A DNA stretch of 64,000 nt, taken from Octopus sinensis. Taxonomy: Eukaryota. The notes below the pieces were generated by a model. That model did not search any database and was not told the DNA's origin. It worked only from the letters and a program-made list of their open reading frames with translations. Both the position numbers and the translations under genes were made by a program. The stretch lies in NCBI RefSeq assembly GCF_006345805.1, contig NC_043019.1:1984001-2048000 (forward strand). Direction: 5' to 3'. Below, piece after piece: positions 24,764 to 37,727 of the stretch (positions are counted from its first letter, which is position 1; every line of letters begins with the position of its first letter).

Positions 24764-26825
24764 ATCCCTATGATCTAGCGATTCGGTAGATATGACGGAT
24801 GGGGAAGGTGCCTGATTTTAGTACTAGGGTTGCTTTGTTATGCTAAAACCCTTCAAAGCAATTACTAAACATGGATGTTGTCCAGTGACTGAGACAAGTG
24901 AAAGATAAATCACACACACACACACACATACACAGACTCATATATATTCATATGGATGGCAGGGTTATGCACACCCCCATGTATGCGTGCAGATATGTGT
25001 GTGTATAGTATATGCATTCGTGATTGTTCGTATCAGTAGGTTCCTCTCTCGTGCTTCGTTGAAACTTGATAATAGTATTTACATTGGATTGTTGGTAATA
25101 TCTTAGATCCATATGCATTAAATTTTCATTAGTCCAGCATGCCTTGAGATTAGACGGACGAGAAGAAAAAGACAAAATTTGTATCAAAACAAAACTAGGT
25201 AAATATATATGCTGTGCTTTGAAACTATCGATTATTTTTCTTGGTCTCTTCTACGAAATAAATATCATTTGGCGAACTATTATTTTTTTATTCTATTTTA
25301 AAGCGATAGCATTTCTTTGGGCTCTTATTAACTATGTTTATTTATCATTTAGTGTTTCTTGTTTTGGTCACCTGATATCAAGTTCGTTATTTCTACTGCA
25401 TTGGAGACAGACACGTCAATTTCATAAACAAGGCACTATTCAATACTAAATACATTAAGATGGTAAAGTAAAATCATTAATATAATATGAGGACTCTCGT
25501 TGCTGTTCTGCAGTGGCGGGGGGGGAGTGAGGGGATGCATTCGAAAAGAATAATATAGCCGGAAAAGCATATGACTTAACTGACACGATACGAAAGAATG
25601 AGATTCGCTACCAACATTATGAGCGAAAATTTTTTTTATATTTTCTTTTTGGTTGTTCTACGTCTCAACACAAACTTTAGTTGTCCAGTAATTTAATCTA
25701 CAAATTAATTCTAAAAGAATGATTTATTTGTTTCCATACTTTTACATATATAAATAAGGAACAACGCGAACAAGCAGAAGTTTTTAATGTACAGTTTTAT
25801 GTTATGGAATCTTATATACGACATAATGCATTATTATATATTATATATTATATATTATATATTATATATTATTTATTTTATACTACATATTATTTATACT
25901 ACATATTATTCTCAGATACGTGCTTTAACACTGTATATAAAATCAATTTCCTAAATGTAAGCGCACATATCACCGTATGATTATGAAATTATTTCAACAA
26001 ACCTGGTTAGATTCTTCCAACGAATGCTTTCTACTATGTGACAAGAAGCCTATCTTATATGTATGTATTTATCAGCATTATGAGATATATGTATTCCGCC
26101 ATGGATGCATGTATGATGATGTTCGATCTGTACTTAGATTCTATGTGTGCGTATTTTTCTTTTTCCACAAAGCCCCATTATTATTTCGATGATGCTGTCA
26201 AGGATGTTTGCCATCATTGATTCACGTTGATGGACATGCGCAAGACAAATTTTAAAATCTCATTTGTATTTATTACTTGAAGGCTAATTTTCGAAAACGA
26301 AACGAAACGTTTACATGCGAGTAAATCAATCGACTCATATCACTGTGGACGAAAAGTAAATTTTTCGGTAACATTCATCAAATAGTACGTAGTATAGTCA
26401 AAAACAAAATACATTTAAAATAGTATTATTGACAGAAGAGACCTGGGAGCCGAAAATGTTTCAGGAAAAACAGAGGGTAGTTTGGAGAACAGTTATTAAA
26501 TATCAATGTTCACACGCTCCACACCCTTAGGCTGAAACGTTTAAAAGAATAAACTGTTAGAGGGCAGTCAAATTTTATGGATATTTCACTAAATTACATA
26601 TGAACAAAGGACTGCAAAACCATGGATATTAATAGAGCTGCCAGAATAAGGCCAATGATTTTAAAAGGTTCAACTGAGCTAAAGAAATCTGTAACAACGA
26701 AGACTTTGAGCTTAAATAATATGATTATCTATGTATGGTGCAAAAAATCTCTGGACAATGGGACCCGGAATCCAAAGAAGAGTTTAATGTTGAGTGTTTA
26801 GAATGATGGTATTTCGGTCAATTAC

Positions 26826-27016
26826 GGTATTTCGTCTGCCGCTACGTTCTGAGTTCAAATTCCGCCGAGGTCGACTTTGCCTTTCATCCTTTCGGGGTCG
26901 ATAAATTAAGTACCAGTTACACACTGGGGTCGATGTAATAGACTTAATCCGTTTGTCTGTCCTTGTTTGTCCCCCTCTGTGATTAGCCCCTTGTGGGTAG
27001 TAAAGAAATAGGTATT
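26826..27016 (+). mobile_element. SINE family A monomer lacking the head, bounded by GGTATT at both ends
   Basis: Begins GGTATTTCGTCTGCC and ends AAAGAAATAGGTATT. Confidence 0.85.
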
Positions 27017-27029
27017 GGAATATGTTTTA

Positions 27030-27563
27030 TCTTTTACTTTTTACTTGTTTTAGTCTTTAGACTGCGGCCATCCTGGGGCACCGACCTGAAGGATTTTTTA
27101 GTGGAATGAATCGACCCAAATACTGATTATTTTTTAAAAGCCTGGAACTTATTCTATCATTCTTTCTTTGCCGAACCGCTAGTTAACTTGAAGTGAAACA
27201 AACCATCACTGGTTATGTAGTGGTATAGTGGGAGGTGCAAACACAGACAAAAAGACACATACATTGATATAGATAGTGTGTATATGTATATATATATATA
27301 TGTGTGTGTTGTGTGTGTGTGTGTGTGTGTCTATGTATGTATTTATATATATATATATATATACACACGTGTGTGTGTGTGTGTGTGTGTACATATATGA
27401 TGGAACTCCTTCAGCCTCCGTCCATAACATCCACTCACAATATTTTGATCGACCCGAGGCTATAGTAGAAGACATTTGTTCAAGGTGTCACTCAGTGGAA
27501 CTGAACTCGGAACCATGTCTCTGGGATGCAAAGTACTTACACACAGTTACGCCTGCGCCTATA
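27030..27563 (-). mobile_element. SINE family B, diverged
   Basis: Tail, internal microsatellite and head motifs in reverse complement; the head end runs into the minisatellite. Confidence 0.75.
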
Positions 27564-28068
27564 GCTACGAATGCCACTATAACCACGCCTGCGCCTATAG
27601 CTACGAATGCCACTATAACCACGCCTGCGCCTATAGCTACGAATGCCCCTATAACCACGCCTGCGCCTATAGCTACGAATGCCCCTATAACCACGCCTGC
27701 GCCTATAGCTACGAATGCCCCTATAACCACGCCTGCGCCTATAGCTACGAATGCCACTATAACCACGCCTGCGCCTATAGCTACGAATGCCACTATAACC
27801 ACGCCTGCGCCTATAGCTACGAATGCCCCTAAACCACCACCGCCTGCGCCTATAGCTACGAATGCCACTATAACCACGGCTGCGCCTATAGCTACGATGC
27901 CACTATAACCACGCCGCCTGCGCCTATAGCTACGAATGCCCCTATAACCACGCCTGCGCCTATAGCTACGAATGCCCCTATAACCACGCCTGCGCCTATA
28001 GCTACGAATGCCCCTATAACCACGCCTGCGCCTATAGCTACGAATGCCCCTATAACCACGCCTGCGCC
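27549..28068. repeat. 36-bp minisatellite, ~14.5 copies
   Basis: Unit ACGCCTGCGCCTATAGCTACGAATGCC(A/C)CTATAACC. Confidence 0.95.
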
Positions 28069-28266
28069 AATACCTACGCCAACGCCTATGCCCTCGTTTA
28101 GGCTTATTTTTTTAATCTTAAATTTAAAGACATTTAAACATATTTGAATATATATACAAGTTCTTAGTTGAAATGTCTATCAATGAATTCACTGATTTAT
28201 TGTGGGAAGGTCGGGGTCGGGGTGCAGTTAATATGATAATTTACTTAAAGTTATGAAATATAATAT

Positions 28267-28499
28267 GGCGGCGAGCTGCCAGAAACGTTAGCACGCCAGG
28301 CGAAATGCTTTGCGATATTTCGTCAGCCGTTACGTTCTGAGTTCAAATACCGCCGAGGTTGACTCTGCCTTTCATCCTTTCGGGGTCGATTAAATAAATA
28401 CCAGTTACGCACTGGGGTCGATATAATCAACTTAATCCGTTCGTCTATCCTTGTTTGTCCTCTCTGCATTTAGCCCCTTGTGGGTAGTAAAAAAACAAG
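28267..28499 (+). mobile_element. SINE family A, full length
   Basis: Consensus match; 14-bp TSD GTTATGAAATATAA. Confidence 0.9.
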
Positions 28500-30419
28500 G
28501 TTATGAAATATAACAATGATCTTCATTTAGTAAACTTTACAGGATTTATACTCCCACCTTTAGTATTTTGTTTTATTTGTTATTTTTATTCAACTCAAGA
28601 AGGCAGAAAGATAATAAAATGTTTAGGAGTATTTGTTTCCAGCTCTTTCCGACCTGATTTCAAATCCTGACAGTGTGAACTTTGCCTTTCACTCTTTCGA
28701 AATCGATAAAATAAAGTACCACTCAAATACCGGAGTCCATGTAATTGACTTTGTCCCTCTGCTCAAAGTTGCTAGTCGTGTGCCAAAATTAGAAATCAAG
28801 TTATCATTGATGAAATAAAGGCTCTTACCAAACTTTTCTATCAGTTCACTATATTTTTTTTTCAAAATTTATCTAGCACTACATTATCTTAAGTGTCCTT
28901 CTTTTTGTTTGAACCTAGGACAGCTGTGATCCAGAAAAAGAACGAGCTAAAGCATTTTGCATGTTCGTAACAATCTTGCTTTATTTTCCTTGGTAGAGTT
29001 GAAACAAGAACTACATTATCCCTCGGATCCTTCCATTTTCTCTGCAATAAGTTGTAGAAAGATGGAATGAGAATGACTTGGTTCATACTGAGTACAGAGA
29101 AGCTCCTTAAATGACTGGAAAATCTTGGTTTTTATTCCCATTAATCTTCTTTATTCATTTTTATAAGATATGCTTCTTAATCCTAATTTCCTCTAACCGT
29201 TCACCAACCCAATTAATATTTGATGATTCTGTGTGTAGCATTTAGTCGTTTCGAATTCGCGATTCTTGGTCATATTGGAATATCTCTTCAAATAAAACAT
29301 TACGCGAATACATTGGAGAGTTTCTCCAAGCGTTTATTATATCCAATTCTTATGAACAGTGACAAATCTAATTTTTCTGTGGTTTGACCTTGATCTGAGA
29401 GTAACATAGAATGGTGTCATCGTTTTGCTTTCCATGTTGTAAATGGACATATGAATGCATTTCCTTAGTTTTGTACTATCAATAATGCTATTTGCCAGTT
29501 AACTGTAATTATATCCTCTATCAGCTCTTAAGACATCGTTTCTTGAAGTTTGTTCTCAGTGTAAATGCTTGTCATTTAACGGTATGGGTCATTCATTTGT
29601 CATTTCCTTTCCATGAAGGATTAGGTCCTAAAGACATATGCTGGTTTGGCGTGTTAAAATTACCGGGCTTCACAACAACACTCTAGGTCCTAGTGTCTAG
29701 GAACATGATAACATCGAAAAGAGAAAGGCATTAAAATGAAAGTTAGAATCAATCGCCCGAAGAAAACATAAAAATGTGAGTGCACAAATATATATATACG
29801 ATCAAAACGCCCCCCGTCAAATGGACGGTGCTGAATCATATCTGCTGAATAAAAAGCAATCAGTGTTTTCTTTTCATTAAAAAATAATTAATCATGCTTT
29901 TATTTCAATAAATTTTTTAGTTTTGTTAAACGAGGTTAAGGCAAAAAAAAATGGTCTGTCCTTCCTTCATGCCAAGTTTGAAGAAAATATCTCTTTCGCA
30001 TTTTACTTTTTTGGTCTCTTAAATATACTGCATTATGTGGCATTATTTCAAGCCAGCCGGCATTTTTTGCGCAAACTGCACGTGCACTTTTCTCGCGTAC
30101 GTCTCAAGTTGTATAAAAATAGTTATTGTCTGCATCATTCGAAAGAGAAATAAATTCTGCATAAGGTGTAAAAGATAAAAATAATTTGTATGGTGTTAGT
30201 AGCAAAATATCTTGCAAGAAATAGAACTTTTATCATCGGTCTTAAATATATTTTCGACAGTGTATATATATATATATATATATATAAATTAGTAATGCAA
30301 TACTAGAGTATTGCTTTCCAGTAAATAATAGCCCGTGAGGGAAAAATATACAAGAAGTATATATACGTTCGCTATTTCCAGTAAATATCGGTACTTCGTT
30401 GTGCCATATATTTACTTCT

Positions 30420-30459
<40 letters not shown>

Positions 30460-31914
30460 GCGCCCACACATGGGTGTTGCTAAGCAGCATTCAAATGTAT
30501 AATAATTATAGAGAATGTCCTTTTAAAATGGTTTTTGAAAATATAATCTCAGCAATTTAAAGCTAGTGTACTGTGCTCAACAAATGTTGTGATCTAATAT
30601 CTACTGCAGACACTAATATTGTAATTGTTTACTTGTTTCTTTTGGTCCTATTTGTTTGTGTTGTAGCTCCTCGCCCCAGGACGACCATGTAGATATTAGA
30701 TTAAAAGTAATGGAATTCTGAACACACCTTCCTATATTTTTGTATGTCAGAGACTTCATTGTCTAATATATCCTTGTTTATGATGTTTTTTATCTCCCAA
30801 ACCTGCTCCCTGATATAGCAAAATTATAAATAAGTGCATTCCAGCTATTACCATCCACAAACTTCATTCATGTATAATGTATCTTGGTCTATATGTAATG
30901 TGAGCTTGCCTAAGATGATAAGATGTGATATGAATGAGATGATTTGGGATGCTACTTCTAGGATTTCGAACGAACGCAAAAAGATTTCTTCCTTCTCGCT
31001 TAAAAGGCTTGATATGATTTAAGGGGAATTTGTCAGCCATTGCAAGATCAGGTGACCGTATAGATGCTTTTTTTCAGAATGTCGGAAATCAGGAAACCTC
31101 TTCTTTGATATTTGAAAACTCCTCTGCTAATGAACACATTGTTGATTAATATCCACAAAACTCATTAACACTATTAAGGATCATACTGACAAAGAGGGCT
31201 ATAGTAGGCCCCCATTATTGAAAGACTTAAATTAATTTAAGTGACATTGAATATTTAGAGGAGATTACCAAATTTGTAAAGATAAAAACAAAAATGATTT
31301 TTATTTTCGTGAAGATAATAAATTCTGTTAGACATGCTGTGATATTATTAATTTTTAATCAATTTTAATAAATTAAAATTCCTGAGGATATCCTCCTCTG
31401 TTTCTTGAGCGGAGATGCTCATTGAGATAACAGCGTGTTTTTCTCATCACGGATGTAAGATTAATTAAAATTTCATAGTTGTCTCTATTGACTAAGTTTG
31501 TGCTCTTTTTATTAATAATGATATTATTAAGAGGCAGCGGATTAACAACGAACAAAATGCCTTGCGGTATTTGTTGTCCCTTTTTTTTATGTTCTGAGCT
31601 CAAATCCCGCAGAGATCAACTTTACCTTTCAACTTTCCGCGATCAATAAAATAAAGTATATGTAAAGTACAGAGGTCGATATAAAAGCCCAACAATTCAC
31701 CCCCAAATTTCTGTCCCTGTACCTCTGTTAGTCACTACTATATAGTGGATAGATGGTGGTTTGGAAGTGGCTCTGATGAAAGAGAAGTAACTCTTGAAAT
31801 ATGCATATACGCACACGACCTATTCTGTCTAACTCAGATCGCATTATTTTCGTAAACAAAACGTGATAACTTTCAGTGGTAGCTCTGAATTCTATAGCAA
31901 ATCTATAGAGATAT

Positions 31915-32068
31915 AGTGGCTGGATGCTAAGAAGCTTGCTTCCCAACCGCATGGTTCCGGGTTCAGTCCCACTGCGTGGCACTTTGGGCAAGTGTTCTCT
32001 GCTATAGCATCGAAACGACCAAAGCCTAGAGAGTGGATTTCGTAGACGGAAATTGAAAGAATCCCGTC

Positions 32069-32149
<81 letters not shown>

Positions 32150-32365
32150 TTTATCTGTGTGTCCCCCCACACACACACACACACCATCGCTTGACGTATT
32201 TACGTTGGCGTATTTACGTTTCCGTAACACCAGCGCTTCGGCAAAAGAGACCAATAGTATAAGTGATATGCTTACAAAGAATAAGTCCTGGGGTCGATTT
32301 GTTCGACTAAAGGCGGTGCTCAGAGCATGGCCGCAATCAAATGACTGAAACAAATAAAAGAATAA
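31915..32365 (+). mobile_element. SINE family B
   Basis: Head, CORE-like segment, internal microsatellite and tail all present. Confidence 0.85.
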
Positions 32366-32622
32366 ATCTAACTATGACAATTATATGAGTGGTGGATTAG
32401 CACAATCATTAGAGCACCAAATAAAATGCTTTGTGGAATGCGTTCCAGTTCCATTAAAACCAACATTGCCTTCCAAACTTCCGTGTTCAACAGAACAAAG
32501 CAGCCGTAATTTTCCGAGGGTTGAATTAATTGCCTAAACCTTTTTACTTCGACATTTTGTCCCTGTGCATTATTTAGAATCCACCACTTTTAATATTGTG
32601 TATATTGCATTGGGTTGGATGC

Positions 32623-32667
32623 GGTGCTGATGAGAGCGCAATAACTCTCAAAATATGCATATACATC
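32623..32667 (+). ncRNA. Degenerate minimal type I hammerhead ribozyme
   Basis: GGTG-CTGATGA-GAGCG CAATAA CTCTC-AAAA(for GAAA)-TATGCATA-TA-CATC; stem III is the palindrome ATATGCATAT. Confidence 0.55.
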
Positions 32668-33079
32668 CACTAGCAACTTTATCTATTTTTGATCGCTCCA
32701 GAGCAATTATGCAAGGTGAATTAAGTTAGAATATTAATTACAACACTTCCGTCTCCAACTGAACAATTATTACAAGATAAAATCATCTTGAAGAATTAGA
32801 GGAGACTGTAAGTTTAAGTTTTGTTGTAAATACCTAACTCACATATATCTCATTAAAGAATTTGACTCATCAATAAATTCCATCTGTTTCCGTTTTCTCG
32901 GTGTTGATTTACAGAATTAATTAGTCCCCTTGATCTGTGTAGCACTGATATTACAAGACTAATTGATTTTCGATGAAGCACAAGATAACTCGATAGATCA
33001 TATAAACCTGGTCAGGTATCAAATAATAAATCTGTTGGTGTTATATTACCTTCGACAATAAAGAGTGTGAACATTATCA

Positions 33080-33368
33080 CTGGCAAGGACAGAGATAGTG
33101 GGGAGGAGGGAGAGAGGGATGGAGTGAGGGAGGGAGATGGAAAGATATATGAGATAAACCGAGACAGAAACAGAGAGAATGTCTGGGATATACTGACAGA
33201 GAGAGAGAAGAGAAGAGGAGAAAGAAGGAAGAAGAAAGAAGAAAGAAAGAAAGAAAGAAAGAAAAGAAAGAAAGAAGAGAGAAAGAGAGAAAGGAAAAAA
33301 GGAAAAAAGAAAGAAAGAAAGAAAGAGACAGAGAAAGAGAGAAAGGAAGAAAGGAAGAGAGAAAGAAA

Positions 33369-33414
<46 letters not shown>

Positions 33415-33441
33415 CAGAGAAAGAGAGAAAGGAAGAAAGGA

Positions 33442-33479
<38 letters not shown>

Positions 33480-33496
33480 CAGAGAAAGAGAGAAAA

Positions 33497-33527
<31 letters not shown>

Positions 33528-33612
33528 AAGAAAGAAAAGAAGATAGGAAGAAAGGAAGAAAGAAAGAAAGAAAGGAAGAAAGAAAGAAAGAAAGATAGAA
33601 AGGAAGAGAGAA

Positions 33613-33655
<43 letters not shown>
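33080..33655. repeat. Purine-rich (GAAA)n/(GA)n tract
   Basis: Seen directly in sequence. Confidence 0.95.
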
Positions 33656-33658
<3 letters not shown>

Positions 33659-34345
33659 GCTGACAAAGGCAAGGAGACAGGAAAGGAAGTAGATCAATAC
33701 AGTCATAAAGCGAAGCACAACATATAATACGTTGAAAGCTTCCATTTTGTTTCATTGCATTTGCGTTGCTGCTTTTATCATAGTCGTTGTTTTTTGTCGT
33801 GGTTTTTGTTGCATTTGTTGTAGCAGAAGTGGTAGATATCGTTCGTGATGGTGAGGAGCAGGATGCTGATAATATTGTTGTTGTTATTGTTGTTATTGTT
33901 GCTGTTGTTGTTGTTCGTTGCTATTGTTATTGTTTCAAATGACTTTTGACGCTGTTATAAAACAATTGCCGATATATCTTTGCGAGCTTTTCCATTTCAC
34001 GAAATAACATTTTATCGCAAACGCCATAATTCATTATACTGCATCCGTTGTGTAACGGAATAGCTTCCTATCTAAATATTTATGTCTGGAATTGATTAAA
34101 TCTTATTAACATTTATTAATTGACGACTTCCGTCGCATATATTTCAGATTTATTTTAAGTTATCGTCAATTTTGAATATAAATAGGTTGCTTCACATATA
34201 TATATACCAAAGTGAAACAATTGACTTAAAACAGCATACAGTACTTTTGAAGTTAATTATTATACACATATAGAATATTATACTTATCAGTATGAAGTGT
34301 GGAACAATTACGATTTGGAAGAACTTCTTCGTATGTAAAACTATT

Positions 34346-34931
34346 TAGGGTGGCGAGCTGACAGGAACGTTAGCACGCCGCGCGAAATGCGTAGCCGTAT
34401 TTCGTCTGCCGTTACGTTCTGAGTTCAAATTCCGCCGAGGTCGACTTTGCCTCATCGATAAATTAAATACCAGTTACGCACTGGGGTCGATGTAATCGAC
34501 TTAATACCTATGTTTGTCCTTGTTTGTCCCCTGTGTTTAGCCCCTTGTGGGTAATAAAGAAATAGGTATTTCGTCTGCCGCTACCTTCTGAGTTCAAATT
34601 CCGCCGAGGTCGACTTTGCCTTTCATCCTTTCGGGGTCGATTAAATAAGTACCAGTTGCGCCCTGGGGTCGATGTAATCGACTTAATACCTATGTCTGTC
34701 CTTGTTTGTCCCCTCTGTGTTTAGCCCCTTGTGGGTAATAAAGAAATAGGTATTTCGTCTGCCGCTAGGTTCTGAGTTCAAATTCCGCCGAGGTCGACTT
34801 TGCCTTTCATCCTTTCGGGGTATTAAATAAGTACCAGTTACGCACTGGGGTCGATGTAATCGACTTAATCTGTTTGTCTGTCCTTGTTTGTCCCCTCTGT
34901 GTTTAGCCCCTTGTGGGTAGTAAATAAATAG
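34346..34931 (+). mobile_element. SINE family A trimer (one headed unit plus two headless ~184-bp units)
   Basis: Junctions AAATAGGTATTTCGTCTGCC at ~34565 and ~34749; 15-bp TSD GTATGTAAAACTATT at 34331-34345 and 34932-34946. Confidence 0.9.
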
Positions 34932-35868
34932 GTATGTAAAACTATTCTGATAGTAACTGATGCGCATAACATGTGCGTCTATCGCTACAGTGTCAGAGCT
35001 AATACAATTGATACTTTTAAACAAGCTGGATCTCCGAGTTTCCACGAATGTAATTTTATACCTCTGTTCCATCTGGCTCATCTATCATAAAACCCAGACA
35101 GCGTCTAACTCTGTCGTCCAACTCCATTGAAAGTTATAGACAAAAACAGATACAAAGAAATATATCGATCTTGATTGATTGCTAAGGTTTATAGGAAATA
35201 GTCTCACTTTGTCCACCTGGTTTGTGGTTCTTGTTGAAATTCCCAATTCAGATATCAATTAAATATTATCAATAATTATCCATTCACCGCATTTAAACAT
35301 CATGCAATGGGGGATATGTCTATATTTCGGAATTATGGATAGTATAAGCAATACACTGTATCAGGTGAAATTATATTCTGAACTGGCTACAACTTCAATA
35401 ATAAACGTATTGATTTTGTGCGGTATCAATGAAGAAATCAACTTTTGCCATTAAGAAATAGCTAAATAAGAAAGGAATAAAAGAAATCAAAAGTAAAAAG
35501 GCGATGTATGGTGTATCTTTATAAAGTTTAGATTAGTATTTCTCTTTCTGTAGTCATATATAATCACAGGTTTTACCAGCAACTTTTCTATCACTCCTAT
35601 AGATTCATTTCTGCCGTCTGTTCTGTTTAATATTTCAAATGAATAGCCACTCTTCGGGGACTTTGTAATTTGCTATTAAATAGGTTATTCGTTTGTAATT
35701 TTAGGGGGTTCTGAATGATTTTGTTTATGTATATTGCTTATTGTGTTCTCCCCTCAGGTTATCAATCAGGTGTCCACACTAGCTTTTGTAGCATGTAATG
35801 GATAAGGTTCTGTTACTTTCATTTGTTTTGTGAACATAGCTTTGTATGTGCGGACAGTTACATGTTAA

Positions 35869-36088
35869 GGCGGTGAGCTGGCAGAAACGTTAGCACGCCG
35901 GGCGAAATGCGTAGCCGTATTTCGTCTGCCGTATTTCAAATTCCGCCGAGGTCGACTTTGCCTTTCATCCATTCGGGGTCGATTAAATAAGTACCAGCTA
36001 CGCACTGGGGTCGATATAATCGACTTAATCTGTTTGTCTGCCTTGTTTGTCCTCTCTGTGTTTAGCCCCTTGTGGGTAGTAAAGAAAT
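35869..36088 (+). mobile_element. SINE family A
   Basis: Consensus match with a small internal deletion. Confidence 0.88.
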
Positions 36089-36384
36089 CAGTTACTTTGT
36101 TTCGTTTTTCTGTCTTCTTTGTGTGAGTTGATCTATTACTGATTCCGAAATATTTTTGATTATTTGTTATAAATTTATAAACATTCAACAAAGCAGTTAT
36201 ACTGAAAACGTATGTTACCTTGTTTATATATTTATTCATTGCTGTTCAGATTTCTAATATCCCTTTTTTGTCTTCACTTTGTGTTGGGTATAGGGTGTTG
36301 GGTATAGGGTGTTGGGTATAGTGTGTGAGAATTATCTTGGAATTGTTGACTACATCTTTCTATAGTGATCATATTTTCTCATTT

Positions 36385-36769
36385 CGTGGAGGCGCAATGG
36401 CCCAGTGGTTAGGGCAGCGGACTCGCGGTCATAGGATCGCGGTTTCGATTCCCAGACCGGGCGTTGTGAGAGTTTATTGAGCGAAAACACCTAAAGCTCC
36501 ACGAATCTCCGGCAGGGGATGGTGGTGATCCCTGCTGTACTCTTTCACCACAACTTTCTCTCACTCTTACTTCCTGTTTATGTTGTACCTGTATTTCAAA
36601 GAGCCAGCCTCGTCACTCTCTGTGTCACGCTGAATATCCCCGAGAACTACGTTAAGTGTTCACGTGTCTGTGGAGTGCTCAGCCGCTTACACGTTAATTT
36701 CACGAGCAGGCTGTTCCGTTGATTCGGATCAACCGGAACCCTCGTCGTCGTAACCGACGGAGTGCTTCC
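36385..36769 (+). mobile_element. tRNA-derived SINE, family C (GGAGGCGCAATGGCCCAGTGG head; possibly OR1-like)
   Basis: A box TGGCCCAGTGG, B box GGTTTCGATTCC; 12-bp TSD ATTTTCTCATTT at 36373-36384 and 36770-36781. Confidence 0.9.
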
Positions 36770-37341
36770 ATTTTCTCATTTAATGGTTGCTAAAAAATAC
36801 TCTTGTATGTGCTCCTATCAAGAGAAAGTCTCACTCAATATAAAGCTGTTGGTTTTATTGTTATTTAAACCTTGATCAGCTTTAACTGACCAGACGTACT
36901 TCAAAGACATTCTAGCATGGCCATGACAGCTTATTCTCAGGTATTACATATCTAAAACTGCAGTAAAAAAACTGTCCTTCTTGTACGAAGGTAATTTGTG
37001 AGAAATTTGGCTGTTATATCTAGCAGATCGAGCGATCAGGCAGAGGCATTTCGTTGGTTCGATTTGCAGACTCTGTCCCGTACTTGAGTTGCATCTGCTG
37101 TTGCAGACTCGAGTTACGCGTGTAGACAATACGACTGCTTGATTGACATGCAGTATTACTTTTCCGGGTATCATGTGGCAATACAAATTCCGAATTACAT
37201 ATAATTTGACATAGTGTTACATGCTCAAATTACAGGCGATGCTACACGCTCGAGTTACCGATGTTTTACTCGAGTTATAAGTGTGGTAACAGGCTCAATT
37301 AACATGCACGGTTATAAGTTCAAATTACATGCAGTTCATAT

Positions 37342-37727
37342 GGAAGCACTCCGTCGGTCTCGACGATGAGGGTTCCGGTTGATCCGAATCAACGGAACAG
37401 CCTGCTCGTGAAATTAACGTGTAAGTGGCTGAGCACTCCACAGACACGTGCACCCTTAACGTAGTTCTCGGGGATATTCAGCGTGACACAGAGAGTGACA
37501 AGGCCGGCCCCTTGAAATACAGGTACAACAGAAACAGGAAGTAAGAGTGAGAGAAAGTTGTGGTGAAAGAGTACAGCAGGGATCACCACCACCCCCTGCC
37601 GGAGCGTCTTGGAGCTTTTTAGGTGTTTTCGCTCAATAAACACTCACAACGCCCGGTCTGGGAATCGAAACCGCGATCCTACGACCGCGAGTCCGCTGCC
37701 CTAACCACTGGGCCATTGCGCCTCCAC
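37342..37727 (-). mobile_element. SINE family C, full length
   Basis: Near-identical reverse complement of 36385-36769. Confidence 0.9.

Noticed and set aside
27549-28068. CRISPR-like regularly spaced repeat
   Set aside because: The units are contiguous tandem copies with no unique spacers, and the context is eukaryotic.
28889-29086. 65-aa ORF in unique-looking DNA
   Set aside because: No recognisable motif, no convincing splice signals, and a length expected by chance.
33012-33755. Long Lys/Glu/Arg-rich or Phe/Leu/Ser-rich ORFs
   Set aside because: Artefacts of the (GAAA)n tract.
36292-36322. 14-bp x3 repeat TGTTGGGTATAGGG; also the 18-bp duplication at ~50919-50954
   Set aside because: Small slippage duplications with no further structure.
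36385-36465. tRNA gene (also other A-box/B-box heads)
   Set aside because: These are SINE heads that continue into SINE bodies with TSDs; no complete cloverleaf or terminator.
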